Assembly: GCA_038087875.1 (NCBI GenBank)
Contig: JAXLNO010005352.1
Location: 62,001 to 126,000 of the forward strand
Direction of reading: 5' to 3'
DNA: 64,000 nucleotides
Source of the DNA: Malacoraja senta
Lineage: Eukaryota
Part shown: piece by piece, positions 23,383 through 37,571 of the stretch
How positions within the stretch are numbered: the first letter of the stretch is position 1
Layout: each line of letters begins with the position of its first letter
The notes under the pieces: generated by a model
Database searches by the model: none
Seen by the model: only the letters and a program-made list of their open reading frames with translations
Told to the model about the DNA's origin: nothing
Program-made: the position numbers and the translations under genes

Positions 23383-23859
23383 CTGTTGTAAAGAGTACAT
23401 TCACCAAGGTTACTTTATGCTCACTTGCAGCCTGCTGCGCAGAATGTGCTCAAGTTGCACTTTGTGCTGTTGGCTTAGGTCACGACCAGAAATGTCTGTC
23501 CATTCCCTCAGCAGATGCTGCCCGACCTGCTGGATTCCTCCAGTACTTTGTGTTTTCCTCCTTTCAGCTTGCTCTTAAACCAATTACTTCATTTGTTTTC
23601 CACTGTTTAGAGGCCTGAAACTATTTTAGGCTTTAACAAGATTCCTCATCAAGAGTCAGGATGTCATACAGCATGGAAACGGGTCCTTTGCCCCAATTTG
23701 TCCACCCCGACCAATGTGCCCCATCAATACTAGACCCACCTGCCTGCATTTGTCCCATATCCCTCTACCTTCTGAACCTTCTGAATGTTGTAGTCGGCAG
23801 GGCAGTACTCTGCATATCGCCAACTTGGACAATTTTACATTTTTATCAAGTCAATTAAT

Positions 23860-24058
23860 CAAGCCAATTAACCTACAAACCTGTACGTCTTTGGAGTGTG
23901 GGAGGAAACCGAAGATCTCGGAGAAAACCCACGCAGATCACGGAGAGAACCTACAAACTCCATACAGACAGCACCCGTAGTCGGGATCGAACCCGGGCCT
24001 CTGGCGCTGCATTTTGCTGTAAGGCAGCAACTCTACCGCTGTGCCACCGTGACCACCC
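23860..24058 (-). mobile_element. tRNA/V-SINE in a PRTG intron
   Basis: Near-identical antisense copy of the 37572 element head and core. Confidence 0.9.
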
Positions 24059-24539
24059 TCTACATTTATCCTATCCCATGTTAAATGTTTCTTAAATGTT
24101 GTGGTAGTACCTACCTCATTAGGATTAATGCCTACTTTTACATCACTAATCCCCTTCTTAAATATAACAAGTTTAACAAACGTACTCCTAAAATGCTTTT
24201 TGTGCTTTCTTCTGCTCAAAATAAGTTTCTATTTTTAAGTTAGAATTTCAGATTGGTATGTAAAATACTCGTCTTCAATTTTCTCTGTTCCTGGTTTCAC
24301 TCTTCCTTTTACTTCTCAGCCCCCCGAACTATTTACACACATGTCCCCAAGTCATCTGAACTGATCTAATAACTGTAAGTGGCACTCTTCATGTCCACCC
24401 CTGGGATATAAAGGGTGAGCAGACCTTCATTAGGCAACACCAAATGAGATCGCTGCAAAGTACTTTGGAATGTCCTCAGATTGTGCAGACAAGATATAAA
24501 TGCAAATAATTTTCCATTATTAAGGCCAAAGATGCCTGA

Positions 24540-25110
24540 AGATGGGAGCACAGATGGATAACATAATAAAGGAGGCATGTGGGATGCTTGCCTTCATTAG
24601 CCAGGATATAAGGCGCAAAGAGGTCTTGATTAGGACGCAGCTGAAATGCTGGGAGCTGTTCTGTTCATCAACAATGAGGATATGGATATGGATTGCACTG
24701 GAGTGGGTCGAGGAGATGCAACAGGATATCATCTTGGGTGGAACATTTCAGTTAGGAAGAGAGATTTGAGAGGATTAGATTGGACTGGATAAAACTTAGG
24801 GGCTACTTGGTAGAGTTACACAGAAATATGAGAGGCATGGATAGAAACTTTACCTGATGATAGAGATGTCTAAGACCATAGGAAATAGGTTGAGGGGATT
24901 TAGAGGAAACCAGAAGAATGGTTTGTGACTCAGAGGGTGTCTGCAATCTGGAATGCACATCTGGATGTGGTGGTGAAGGCAGAGACTCTCACAGAAACAT
25001 CTGGATGAGCACTTAAATCTCCAAGGAATAGTAGGGTATGATTCAAGTGTTGGTTAATGCAATTAGTCTGGGTAGGTACTTGATGGCTGAAGGGCCAGCT
25101 TCTTTGCTAA
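24540..25110 (+). mobile_element. Old CR1 3' fragment
   Basis: KEACGMLAFISQDI-like ORF2 remnant and a decayed 3' end. Confidence 0.7.
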
Positions 25111-25214
25111 GACAGTGCAAACTATTTACTATCATAAAGAAGTAGTGCCTTGTTTTGGAAGGAGAAGAGGCAAGCAACATAATAACAATATGAATAAAAC
25201 CAAAATAAAATGAC

Positions 25215-25380
25215 CTTGGTGTCCAAGAAGGCATTTTCAGGCATCATTGGCATTAAGGTTTCCATATTTTCCCACTGTTCATCCTTACTCTTGTCAAGAT
25301 GGTTCCCATTGACCAGTGGCCCCGTCACATGTGCTAACTGAACGTTTCCTTGTTGCTCAGCTTTGACAGCACTGGATTTC
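25215..25380 (-). CDS. PRTG: Protogenin cytoplasmic exon
   Basis: tgtccAG|GAAAT ... CAAG|GTcatt (weak donor); 166 nt; KSSAVKAEQQGNVQLAHVTGPLVNGNHLDKSKDEQWENMETLMPMMPENAFLDTK. Confidence 0.92.
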
Positions 25381-25726
25381 CTGGACAAACAGAAACATTC
25401 ACCATTTAAAGGAAACTTCAACAAAAATACTGACATCAGATTGTGCAGGTGCTGAATGTAGTCTCAGTTTATTCACTGGTGTAAGTGGAAATGGCAGAAA
25501 GCTAGTAAATGCTACCTTTTTCAAAAGATGACATTTTAGTCAAAAATGTTTAAATACAAATAATGAGTCTAGGTTGGGCTGGTGGGTGAAGATTTGCAGC
25601 ACCCAGATTGCTGAACATCTCCCACTCACAACAATTATATTCAAAACATTTAGATTACATTTCAATATAAATCTTTACCCATTATCTTTAACTGTCCGCA
25701 TGTTGTGCCCAACACTTAAACAATAC

Positions 25727-25850
25727 CTTGCTTTGCTTCTATAAAGGAGGATCAGGATGCAGATGATAATACAAGTCAGGGCAATGCAAACTCCAACGAT
25801 AATCCCAGTCATTGACTTTTGGTCCAGGTGGTAAAACACATCAGAGTTTC
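25727..25850 (-). CDS. PRTG: Protogenin transmembrane exon (not in the supplied ORF track)
   Basis: tccacAG|GAAAC ... GCAAG|GTattg; 124 nt; (G)[40 protein letters not shown](R), a hydrophobic helix followed by basic residues. Confidence 0.96.
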
Positions 25851-26899
25851 CTGTGGAACAAGCAAAGTGGTATGTTCATTAGAACCATAGAAACTGGTTA
25901 GTATGGCTTTGTGCAGAGGAGGTCAGTCACAACTTAGGCTTTTTTGAGCAGGTGTGAATGATGAGGATAGGGAAGCAGATGTTGACTATGTTCTAAATAC
26001 ATTATATCCTTTTAGCTTTTGTTATTACTTTATCAGAAATCTCCACCATTAAATTCATTTTACTAGGGAATAAAAGTACTTAGAGTACAGGTTATTCTGC
26101 TATAACACAACAGTTGAATTTCTAAGAAACCTCACGTTATATGCAATTGTGTTATAAAAACAATTATGTTAATGGGGAAAAAAAGGAGCAAGAGTGTTTC
26201 ACACTCTGATTAACAAACTATTTTTCCTGCAGGATTTTCAAATAAAGGTCTTTTTAACAAGTTTATTTTTGTTAGTGGAAGCTAAAAATACTGAAGGCTG
26301 CATATTACTTGTTTAATAGACTGTCATTGCACAAGTGTCAGCAGAAGCAATTGCTTTCAATTTCAGGCACAACCAGTGATGTAACTGACAGACAGCGTTC
26401 TAAAGAGACAATGGTGTCTGATTACTGCAGGAAGGTAAAATGCAGGGGATTTTTAACCCCAGCCTGTTTCCTTCCCTCAAGTTTTTTTTTTCTGCTTGTC
26501 AAATTCCAAAGTAACTCTTAAGAGGTTCCCCAGATCCTGCTCAAAATTGCATTATAACCAACTCAGCATGCGTACCTCAAATAATGTTCCTTGATTAATC
26601 GTGTTATATCCAATTAGCTTTATGGAAACATGCATTGCTGTAGAATGTGGATTAAACAAGCATCTACTTCATACATTCCCAATTCACTGTTTCATCTCAC
26701 CTCATTATAGACATGAACAACATATTAGAATTAGAATAGATTAAAAAGTACCTTGAGCAACAGTGTAAATTGCCCAGTTTATCTTTCTTTGTAGCTCAGA
26801 TCAGCATTTCACTAACAAGGGTGTTCATTTAATTTACTGCAAAATACATCTGTCAGTAAAAGATGCACAAAATTATATTGGTTTGGACTATGTATTTAC

Positions 26900-27085
26900 C
26901 TTTGGCATCTGCACTGCTGAGAGTGTCCTTTGGCCCTTGACTGAAGTATCCAGTCTCTGTAGCAGGGATCACCAGTTCTACAATGTTGGAAAAGGGTCCC
27001 TCTCCTACTTCATTTGTTGCAGATATTTGAATGAGGTATACATTTCCCGGATCAAGATTTTCCAACAAAGTCATAGTAATTGATC
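26900..27085 (-). CDS. PRTG: Protogenin coding exon (last FN3, second half, plus stalk)
   Basis: tttttAG|GATCA ... AAAG|GTaaat; 186 nt; (G)[61 protein letters not shown]. Confidence 0.95.
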
Positions 27086-27792
27086 CTAAAAACAACCATA
27101 ACATTAGTGGATTGAAGGCTAAAAACAAAAAGTGAAACAAAGGCATGATCTCTTGAAGCAAGCACAATGCATTATTTCAATATAACAATTTTGAAAATTG
27201 CAATGAATACATTTGGCAGGTCAACTTGCACCTGGCACACAAAGTGGAGTAACAAATTGGATTAAAGTTTGTTCCATGTATGAACACATGTGGAAGAGCC
27301 TGCTGAATTATGCAATGCCAGATACATTTCAATACGTTTGCTGTACAGGGATAATGGACTGGTCCTGGCTATGAGACCAGGCCTAACCCAACAGAACATG
27401 GCCACAAGTTCTGTGCTACCTGTGCCTATGGCAGTGAGAGCCAGGTGCTGATAAGCAACAAGCATCATTTGCAAAAGGCAATGGACACCTTCAACACAAG
27501 AGATTCTTCACTACATGACATTCATTGCTGTAGCTGCCATTGAGTTGACCACTGACCAGGCCTTGTTCATTCATAATCATCAGGCCGCATGAGTTTTCAG
27601 CCAGGATGTTGGATCACAAACATGTCGTGGGAAGCTGGGTACATTATGGACCACTTTGGCTTTAATTTACTGCACAATTCTCAGACTCTCATTTTCACTA
27701 ATTTCATGAAAGTTTAGTTAAAGTAGTTTGCAGCTTCCAGATTTAAAACTGAACAAATGCTCAAGAGTTCACACTTGCTGAGTGAAGCTCAC

Positions 27793-27963
27793 CTTCCCGA
27801 TGGAGCACTTGCCACTCGCCACCAATCCAAGCCTTCCTAGAAGCATACAGGATGGTGTAATGAGTGACAGCAGTATTGGTATTTTCTGGGGGCTTCCAAG
27901 AAATGAGAGCAGTTCCTTCTTCTATCAAAGTGGCTTTGACTCCTGAAGGGGGATTTGTTGGAG
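27793..27963 (-). CDS. PRTG: Protogenin coding exon (last FN3, first half)
   Basis: cttgcAG|CTCCA ... GAAG|GTgagc; 171 nt; (A)[56 protein letters not shown]. Confidence 0.96.
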
Positions 27964-28297
27964 CTGCAAGAGAAATTAATAACAGAGTGTCAGATTCATA
28001 GAATTCAGAAACAAGATATTTGGCCCAACTCATCCATGCTGACCAAGATGCTCCATCCAAGCTAATCCCATTTGCTTGCGCCTGGTCCATGTCCCTCTAA
28101 ACCTTTCCTATCCACGTTCCTGTCCAAATATATTTTAAAAGTTGTAATTGTACTCGCCTCAAGTTACTTCCACTGGCAGCATGTTCCATAACCCCAGAAA
28201 CCCTGTGTGCAAAAAATGTACTCCTCTGGTTCCTATTAAATCTCTCCCCCCCCCCCCCCCCCACACTACCTTAAACCCATGCCCTCTAGTTCTTGAT

Positions 28298-28720
28298 AGG
28301 CACAAAAAGCTGGAGTAACTCAGCGGGACAGGCTGCATCTCTGGAGAGAAGGGATGGGTGACGTTTCGTGTCGAGACCCTTCTTCAGACTGGTTAGGGAT
28401 GAAGGAAATGAGAGATATAGATGGTGATGTGGGGAGATAAAGAACAATGAATGAAAGATATGCAAAAAAGAAACGATGATAAAGGAAACAGGCCATTGTT
28501 AGCTGTTTGTGGGGTGAAAATGAGAAGCTAGTGCGACTTGGGTGGGGGAGGGATAGAGAAGGAATGACGGGGCTACCTGAAGTGAGAGAAATCAATATTC
28601 ATACCACTGGGCTGCAAGTTCTTCCAATTTGCATTTAGCCTCACTCTGACAATGGGGGAGACCGAGGACAGAAAGGTCAGTGTAGGAATGGGAAGGAGAA
28701 TTAAAGTGTCCAGCCACCGA
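28298..28720 (-). mobile_element. Penelope-like 3' fragment with hammerhead motif (28360-28387), nested in a CR1 3' remnant (about 27990-28745)
   Basis: Antisense homolog of 5400-5836; accctctagttcttgat-like sequence repeats on both sides. Confidence 0.8.
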
Positions 28721-29385
28721 ACCCTCTAGTTCTTGATTCCTCGATCATGGTAAAAAAAGACTAATTGTTGGCATGGATGTGGGGCTAATGCATTGATTCT
28801 TGAAGTTGCCCTCAAGTCATAGCCTGTTACCCTGAGAAGTATATTTTTCCTTCTATGGCTGTCAATCTGTTAGCCAACATTTGATCTATGTCAGAAGGCA
28901 CACAAAAATGCTGGAGAAACTCAGCGGATGCAGCAGCATCTATGGAGCGAAGGAAATAGGCAACGTTTCGGGCCGAAACACTTCTTCTTTGATCTATGTC
29001 AATATATTATCCTCAATCTCATGTATTCATAAACACTTGCTATCGGTACAAAATTTGGGAATATTTTGTGGAGTAAGGCCAATGGCATCTGGAATTTCAC
29101 TGTCTAAACTTTTTTTTGTGCAGGATACTTCTATCCTAGTTTACTTTGGAATCGTCCATTCCTTTCAGATAGAACACAACTCAATTATGAATGGCCTATT
29201 GTTTTCAAAAAGTGTTTCAAATGTGAACATAAAATACCACGATAAACTCATGCCATATATTGAAATCTCTTCAATGACGGAATATGCCGTAACCATATTT
29301 GACACCGTGAAAATGAGAGGTTTCTAAGTAGATGTGATGGGGTTATTTGGGTTCTGAGCTGTGAATAGAGCGATTTTGTCCTTAC

Positions 29386-29513
29386 CTTCAGGCAAGGTCA
29401 GCTGATAAACCACTGGGCTCCAGGGGCTGGAGAGCTGGTCTGCATGAAGCCGCACTGCAAACTCGTATTTAGTGAAGGGTTGCAGACCATTCACGAGCAT
29501 GTGCGTCTCAGAA
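29386..29513 (-). CDS. PRTG: Protogenin coding exon (FN3; not in the supplied ORF track)
   Basis: tatccAG|TTCTG ... GAAG|GTaagg; 128 nt; [42 protein letters not shown]. Confidence 0.96.
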
Positions 29514-29702
29514 CTGGATAAATAAAAAATAAAAAAAGGATTATCAGAAGAGAAATTTATTCAGGGCTGATTTAATAGCTGAGCATTGTGCACTGTACAT
29601 TGAAAACAGGACTGAATAAAATGCATTGGTTTGTGGCGTTCTATTTGCATGTTAAGTACAACATTATAATAAAATAAATATGAAACAGTTTACTATAGTT
29701 GT

Positions 29703-29799
29703 AGGTAGACAAAAGTGCTGAAGAGACTCAGCGGGTGCGGCAGCATCTATGGAGCGAAGGAAACAGGTGATGTTTCGGGCCGAAACCCTTCTTCAGACT
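29703..29799 (-). mobile_element. About 97-bp Penelope-derived short element with hammerhead core
   Basis: Minus strand reads AGTCTGAAGAAGGGTTTCGGCCCGAAACATCACC. Same subfamily at 28896-28987 (-), 33376-33473 (+) and 46840-46936 (-). Confidence 0.75.
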
Positions 29800-31231
29800 A
29801 ATAGTTATTACTATAGTTTACTATATTTACTATAGTTGTATTGTATACTTGGACCATGCAGCTGCTTTGCCCAGGTAAAATCAAATACAGCAAGCTAAGG
29901 ATAACTAAGGAGTAAGGTAAATGATGACAACGTGTGTAGGAAGGAACTGCAGATGCCGGTTTAAACCGAAGATAGAGTAACTCAGCGGGTCAGACAGCAT
30001 CTCTGGAGAAAAGGAATAAGTGATGTTTTGGGTCGAGACCCAGAATGTTCAACTGGAAGAAATTTGCTCAAGAATGAAACCTCTTGTAAAAGCAAAAATA
30101 ACCCATTCATGATTGTATTGAGACTATTCTATTTTTGGTATATACATTTTCAAAATGATTAATTGTCGTTTATTTCCAAGTATTTGCAGTAATTCCCTCA
30201 TTATTCTGATGATAAGCAACGCAGGGTGACATTTATTGTGGCCTGTGTTTCCGACAGTTTATCAATGGTCCACTTCCATGAAAAGGAAGAATTAGGTTTT
30301 TCCCCCGTGTGAACTGCATGCTCGAAAAGCAAGTGGTTTAAAACAAGAGTTTTAAAAAAACAAATAAATTAATTGTTGATTTTGGATCAGTGCATCAAGG
30401 ATAGGGTAACAATTTTGAGAAAAATTAAATATGTAATCTAAGATCTGAACCATTAACATTTTGCATTGGGCAATCCTGCAACACTACTGACCAAGCCACT
30501 TCACTAGAACAGGGTGAAAGAAAAGGAGGCCGAGTTACAACACAGCTCATTGCTTGCAATGTGACTTGTTAACTTGTAATACAAATAGTTCAGAATTGTT
30601 AAACAAAGAATGGCTTAGTGGCACATCACAATGAAAATCATAAGTAAAAGTTTATGGTGTTTGTCTATAAAACCTCTGTTTAGTTAAAAGCTTCAGCCTG
30701 TCTGCAGCTGCCCTTCCCCCCTCTGCACCTCTAGAGTAAACAAGTATCCAATGAGTCAGAGGTTTCTTTCACATTGCCCGACAACAGATGATACCAGGAA
30801 GGTGACCAGCATTTTTGCTATCTGGCATCCTTATTTACCTTGAGATAAGATGGGAGAAGTTCTCAATAGTGGATTGGCCCTGATCACGAGGGGCAGTTGT
30901 GGACACCCACAAGGTGTAACAAACTGACACATTTGTAAAGCCTAGAGTTAATTGAAAGCGAATCAGAGCCCGACTGCACTATGATAAACGATTGTAAATA
31001 TTGAATGGCTTTGTCAAATAGCTTCACAAGTACAGGGGCACAGGTTCACTTTGAAGGTAGTTACAGTAATAGCTATGTCAGGAATTATTCAAAGTCTGGC
31101 TCTCAACTTAATTTCCACGATACTGCAAAAAAAAATGGACAATTAAAAAAATGTGACTTTTCCTGCCACTGGTAATAAACACCATCATAAACACCTAGAG
31201 CTGTAGATTTACAGAGAGGGAATCAACTTAC

Positions 31232-31418
31232 GTTTGAAGGTACATGACAAGTGAAGCATTCTGCAGCCCCACAGGGTTACAGCGGACAGTATAGTTGATC
31301 ACTGGTGCTGCAGTGAAAGCCGGCTTCCCCCATTGTAAGGAAATAGAAGATGAACTATTGGCTTTCGCGTACAAGTGATGAGGAGGGGGTGGTGGAGGCA
31401 CCATGCGATCTCGAACAG
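31232..31418 (-). CDS. PRTG: Protogenin coding exon (FN3, polyproline stretch)
   Basis: ttgacAG|CTGTT ... CAAAC|GTaagt; 187 nt; (S)[61 protein letters not shown](T). Confidence 0.97.
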
Positions 31419-32973
31419 CTGTCAAAAAAGAACATACACATTATTCATCTCTAGTAGGTTTTCAAAATGTTTAAATAATGGCAATATGTTGAGAAATTAG
31501 AAATGCACTGAATTTTTATTTGAAGGCCAATACCATAAAATCTATATGCTCTACAGTTTTTTTTATCAACCTGAAAAGTGATAAGTATTGATGGTTAACA
31601 GCTGCATGCAAATTCTGTACTCAGGGGAAAAGTTGCTATTGAAAGCCCCAGATATAGCCAAAATAAATTGAACAAGACTGATCTTCAAAGCATCCGAATA
31701 TGGAACAACATGTACATTTTTGTCAACATATTAATGATTCCTTTGGAAATGCAATGGACTGCAGATGTTGAAATCTTGAGCAAAAATAAACAAACTGCTG
31801 GAGGAATTCAGCGGTTGTCTTTTTGTTTAATTATTCCTTTATTGGTTTGCAAAACAAGGATGTTGGATTCCAAGAATATATGATTAAGCTCTACAGGGGA
31901 ATCAACGTGGTTAAATGATGTGCGAGGGGTTTAAAAAAAAACCACACACACATTTGGGAAAATTCTGATGTTTCACCAACCAGCTGAGCACTAGAAGTAT
32001 TGATTGAGAGGCACGCAAAGGGCAAAGACCAGGCTCCCCTAGAATTGCTATCCAATTCACCGAGTGACTCGGAGCATAGATCTATAGCTTGCTGAGAATT
32101 TGGAATTTTTAGACTGTAGAATTAGAATTTTCTTTATTGTCATTCAGACCTTATGGTCTGAACAAAATTTCTTGCCTGCAGTCATACATATAATAAAAAT
32201 AACAAAACACACAATAAACACAAATTAACATCAACCACAGTGAGTTCACTTCCATTTTCCTTCACACACAAACTGGTTCAGAAAATTCAGTTTGCTTGGG
32301 ATTTTTTACTGCTGGACGAGAAGATTTTCCAGGCTATTAGGTGTTACTCTTAAACATCAAAATGTACCCATGTCATTTTATGTTCACATGGTACAGTGAA
32401 ATCAGTGAAGACGTTTTTCAGTGAAATCGCTGAGTTGAAAGGGAACAGGAAATATACAAACTCTGCACGCCCCAGGTCCAGCTGCAAACCTACCCATGTT
32501 GCTGACCCCCCAACTCCCCCATACACTTGGCCCCAAACTCCTGATCCTCTTCCCGGCTGCCCTCTGAGCCCACGCCTCCATTGAGTGAGCCGGATGCCCA
32601 GCAACCAAGATTTACAAGCAATCGGATACTGGATTATTGCAGTTTTACTGCCAATAGTTTGCCTTTATCTGTTGTGCAAGGTCTTGACAGAGTGAGAAAA
32701 TAGTTTATAAAACCCCAGAGAAAATAAAATCCAATTCACTATAAATCGGAAATGATTTACGGGAACCAGTGAAACTGTTGACTGCTTTGGCTGTGACTGA
32801 CAGGATGCTTTATTTTTAAAACAGCCACACCAACAGCATCACTATTCAATGGTTCGTTATTGGTGTTGAAGATTTAGCAGTGGACAACATTCTAGGAATT
32901 TTACTTAAAATATACACAACTTTTCGATATGAAATGAACATTATGAGACATTGGCTACGTATTGAGCACTTAC

Positions 32974-33069
32974 ACACACATCCTGGGGTGCTCACTGTCT
33001 GGTCTGCCTGGTAGCCTTCACCCATAGAATTATATGCCAGTAAACGCATGTGATACTTCCTTCGAGGGT
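32974..33069 (-). CDS. PRTG: Protogenin coding exon (end of FN3 domain)
   Basis: tttttAG|ACCCT ... GTGT|GTaagt; 96 nt; (D)[31 protein letters not shown]. Joins the previous exon in frame (G+AC = Asp). Confidence 0.96.
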
Positions 33070-33375
33070 CTAAAAAGAAATAATATCCAGTATTAGTTGA
33101 TAGTTTAATAGTGATCGCATTCTTCCCCCACACTCCACTTGATAGTCCCTGTACATCCAGTCCGTGTATATCCACACGAATCATATTACAATGACTCAAA
33201 TGGATCCTAAACCAGGCCAATGTAAAACAATAAAGTGGATGCTAGGAATTGAAAAAGTGGGAATCTAAATAAAATGGAATTAATAACATTTATAAAAATT
33301 CATGCAGACATGACTGGTGGATGGATGGGCGATCAGGAAAGTTGCAAACAAAATCCCAAATTATTAAATCAATCA

Positions 33376-33473
33376 CAGTCTGAAGAAGGGTTTCGACCCG
33401 AAACATTGCCTATTTCCTTCGCTCCATAGATGCTGCCTCACCCGCTAGGTTTCTCCAGCATCTTTGTCTACCC
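33376..33473 (+). mobile_element. About 97-bp Penelope-derived short element with hammerhead core
   Basis: CTGAAGAAGGGTTTCGACCCGAAACATTG at 33380-33408. Confidence 0.75.
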
Positions 33474-36400
33474 AAAATATTAAAATTCAATAGCATCCTC
33501 CCAGAGCAAAGAACTACTGCTTTATGTTTTTCCTGTCCTAGTATTGAAAAATTCCCTTTACTGATACCAAATCCCAATTCAGTGTACAATATCCCTCATT
33601 GTTTTGGACTTACAGTTACTGTGGGCTATGGGCTTTATCTTTACCAGTATTTTTGCTGTAAATGCAGAATGCATCAACTTCACAGTTTGTCAAGAATATC
33701 ATGATTCTTGAAATATTTCAAGCTGATGCAAGTGTGTAAAAAAACAAAAAACAATTCAAACACTTCAAACAATACTAAAACCAATGGGTTCGTAATCTTT
33801 CTGAATGAAAGCCCCATTTGTTTAACATTTGATTATCTAGGCAACCTCCCCCACCCCCATAAACACTTGATGACATCATGGGTCACTCCTTTTAAGGAAT
33901 TGGGGCTGGCCAAGGGGTTCTTGATGGCTTCTCTCATTCCCACTGCCATGGGGAGATGGTGCATCAAGGAAATTTGCACATGAGCTGTTTAGGTGTTAGC
34001 TAAAAGGCCCAGCCCTACCTCGGACATTGATGGAGGAGGCAAGTTGCTCATCTTCCTCTTCCCACCCGTAACCTTCTCAATCACCCACTCTCCACATCTT
34101 CACTGTCAACATCCTCAACACATCCCATCATCAGTGGTGCACCCGCAACAAAGCAATGCCCACCATTTTCCTTCCCTCCTTCCACATCAATGCTAACTTC
34201 ACTATGCATCCTATTTGTAATCCCAGTCAAATGATTCAACTGAAAAAAAGTGGATGCAAATTCAAAGACTGCATTTGAAGGTACAAATTGGTATCAGTTA
34301 TTAGCAGCTCCATTGATGCCTGCTAGTTAACGTGACAACGTGTGATCACATCAGCACTGGTGTCTCTTCCATTATCATTGCTGATATGAGACAGACCACT
34401 TATTGCAGCAAAAATAGGCAGAATTTTTGGTCTTGATGGAATCGGTTTGTCCCAGAAATATTCTGGCAGATATTTCTGTAAAGAATCCTTTTCCAACCAT
34501 AATACACTGTTGAGGGTTTCTTGGATTCTGAAGAAAGCCAACTTATTTGAAAATAAAACAAAACCAATTACTATTCGCAGCAATCAACATCAAACTAAGA
34601 AGAAACTTTTTTTTTTAAGGTTGTGTACACTTATCTATGATTTTCAGTAAGCATTCTTCTGGAGAAAATACAAAATAAAAAACAAAATAAAAGGCCGTGG
34701 TAACTGGTTTAAGGATCCTTTTACAAAACGACTTATCTACATGGGACCCCTGCTGACCTGTTGAATGCCAGAGGAAGACCACACTAACCATTTATCATAC
34801 TGTCAAGTAGCTTAAAATGTCTGCTGGCCTGCTGAGTGGTTATCCTGAATCGGTCATCGTTCCATTAAATGGAGACAAGCAAAGGTCTAATGTCAACATA
34901 GAATTGCCCTTCCTCAGTGAGAGATATTGCTTACAGCAATGGTTTACACAATGCATCTTAACACAGGGGGCCTCTCTTTGCAAATGCAACCAATTCATCA
35001 CTCTACAGTATTATAAATGTTAAGATTTTCTTATCTAAAACTGCAACGCAACATTTTGGGGCATTTTGATAGCCTTCTTGCTCTATGCAATGAAATCTGT
35101 ACGAATTAAAGTTACCACAATGTCCAGTTCAAAATACCTTACAGAAAATTCAAAATGAATAGTCTCATTAAGTGACCACAAAAACAAAAGAGTTAACCTT
35201 ATTAACCGAATGAGGTCAGTAAAAACCAAGCCCTGATTTTCTCAAATATATTTCAAGTATTCAAATGAATCGATTTAGCAAGTATTGTATGGTTATGTTC
35301 ATGTTTTTTTAGGTACAGCTGTTGTAAAAAAAATAAGCCAGAAATGGATTATGTAAGTAATAAAAATATCTTCTGCACTCCATTCTTCAACCAAAGCATA
35401 ACTTTACTCTTTCTCTTTCAAAATGCAATAGTCTTGCAGTTCTAACACTGTTCTGGCAGCTCAGAGTAAAGAGAGATGTAGGCAGCTCAGAGTAAAGAGA
35501 GATGTAAGAATACCAGTGAATGAACACTTTCCAGCAGAGGTCACTAGATAGCAATCTAGAGCACAAAACTAGATGGGGGGTTTTCACTCTGGCCAAGAGG
35601 CACTCAAGATAATTGTAGCCTAGCCCTCCCTCCACACCACCACTCCACTATCATTCAAGATAAGTCAACAATATAGTCTGTGTGGGTCAGCTCCATACCC
35701 TGGAGTAATCTTGAACAGATTTCTATGATATATCTATTAGTAATCAGATGTAGAACAATTAGGAAAGGCAGGATCATTGTGTGTTAAATGAGTAACTTCT
35801 GAAACTATTTGTCATTATAATTTGCCCATTCCAAAGGTTTACAGTTACAATTTTACAAAATGAATAAGATAATTAATGATTAATACACATTTCCACAAGG
35901 CAAGAAGAGCAGATTCATTCCCATTGTGCAAGGAAAGAAAAATTGGGGAATGCATCATTGGGCAGCTCACTCTTTCATGGCCTTCGAGCAGACAAAACGT
36001 TGTTGTTTTTTTTACATATGGACTCCAAAGGTCTTAGAGAGGGCAAATGTTAGGAAAAGCTGAAGGCCTGTGCAAATTCCTTTTAGCGAAAAGGTTAAAT
36101 AATTACATTGACAAATTATAGATTCCATAATGCAAAGTACTTGTACTTAGCTTTTAGAGCAAATCATCGGATTATTTAAGGATTGTTATTGGCACATGAA
36201 GTGGATTGGTTATATACGTCACTGAAGAAAACAACAGTACATTTACAGAAGGAGATTCAAAACAAAATTGCCTATCAACATATCATTATGTGCAAGAATA
36301 ATATTCTGTTAAAATAGAATAGCAGAAGCTTCTTCACTATAATTTTAATTCCAGTGTTCAATGAAAATCCTCTACTTTAAGATGTTCCAAACAATTTAAA

Positions 36401-37571
36401 AACAAAGCATTAGTGAAAAGACCTACAAAAATAAAAACAAAATCTGGTAAAGCCAGTCACTTCCTCCCTGGATGGTGGAGCTCCTATTTCACAGAATTAT
36501 TTTTGCTGCTGCTGTTAATGGATCATCTAAAACAAAAGCACATCTTTTGCAGTTTTAATGGTTTCTGGTAACCAGATAACCTACAGGAGGCTCCGACGCA
36601 GAACACTTCTACTGCGTTTAAATAATCCCCATAAAAGCTGAGAGCCACCACTTATCAGGAGATCCACTGCAGACCATAATTTATTATGCACCATTATTAA
36701 CAATGGAAATATTTACCTTAAAATAACAGAGAACCACAGAATTATTGCTGCACTATTGGTGTCTCCACCAAGATTGAAATAACTTTTGTTAACTCTTGCT
36801 AGAGTTGTTCTTCTGTCCCCTTATTTCTTTTTTTTAATTTTACTACTACAGCCGACACTTTCAAAGGAATGAACGTTACTTGCAATGGGTTGAAGTGGTC
36901 CAACATAGGTTTATTTTAAGGAGAAGTACCAAGTAGCTAGTGGAATTTGTATTGTGTTTCATTCAGTATGAAGGGCTGGTTAGAGTAAAACAAGTAAAGT
37001 TGGTAAAAGTGCAGTTTGATATTCACTTTACAGAGAATAACAGATCATCTTCAGTGATGTTGTTTCAGCTCAATGAGCACAAACATTGAAAGGAAAGAAA
37101 CTTGAAGTGGTACTAAAGCTTTATTGGTGAAGTTACCTGGTTAGAGGTTTGAATTTGCTTGATCAAAGCCCTTGAATCCCAAGCGCATAAATGAAGAGTT
37201 TTTAGTGAAACAGCAATTGTCAGAACAAAGTACAATTCCCATATAAGTGGCACATATTGTCAAAGAGTGCAGCCAAAATGAGATGCAGGACTCAAAGGTT
37301 ATAAAGTAGAGTCATTTCAAACTGCACAGTGGTAAAGGACAATTGATAAATGGGCAAATGTGGATGGAATAGTGACAGAGCCTCATAGTACTGTAGTTGG
37401 ACTTTGCTGTACACTTGGCCTACGTAGAAAATTTCATGCGGAAAAATATCTTTGACCATAAATCCATTGGGCAGTGAACACAAGGACACAAGACAGGAGC
37501 AAGCCATCAGGCCCTTCAAACCTATGCCACCATTTAATATGATCATGGCTGATCTATGCAGTCCTCAATTA

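Noticed and set aside
26085-26645. Possible old Tc1/pogo-type MITE (also about 32390-32650)
   Set aside because: The termini are too decayed to define TIRs or a TSD confidently.
35455-35508. 26-bp tandem duplication; other short repeats as a CRISPR-like array
   Set aside because: A simple local duplication in eukaryotic DNA with no repeat-spacer structure.
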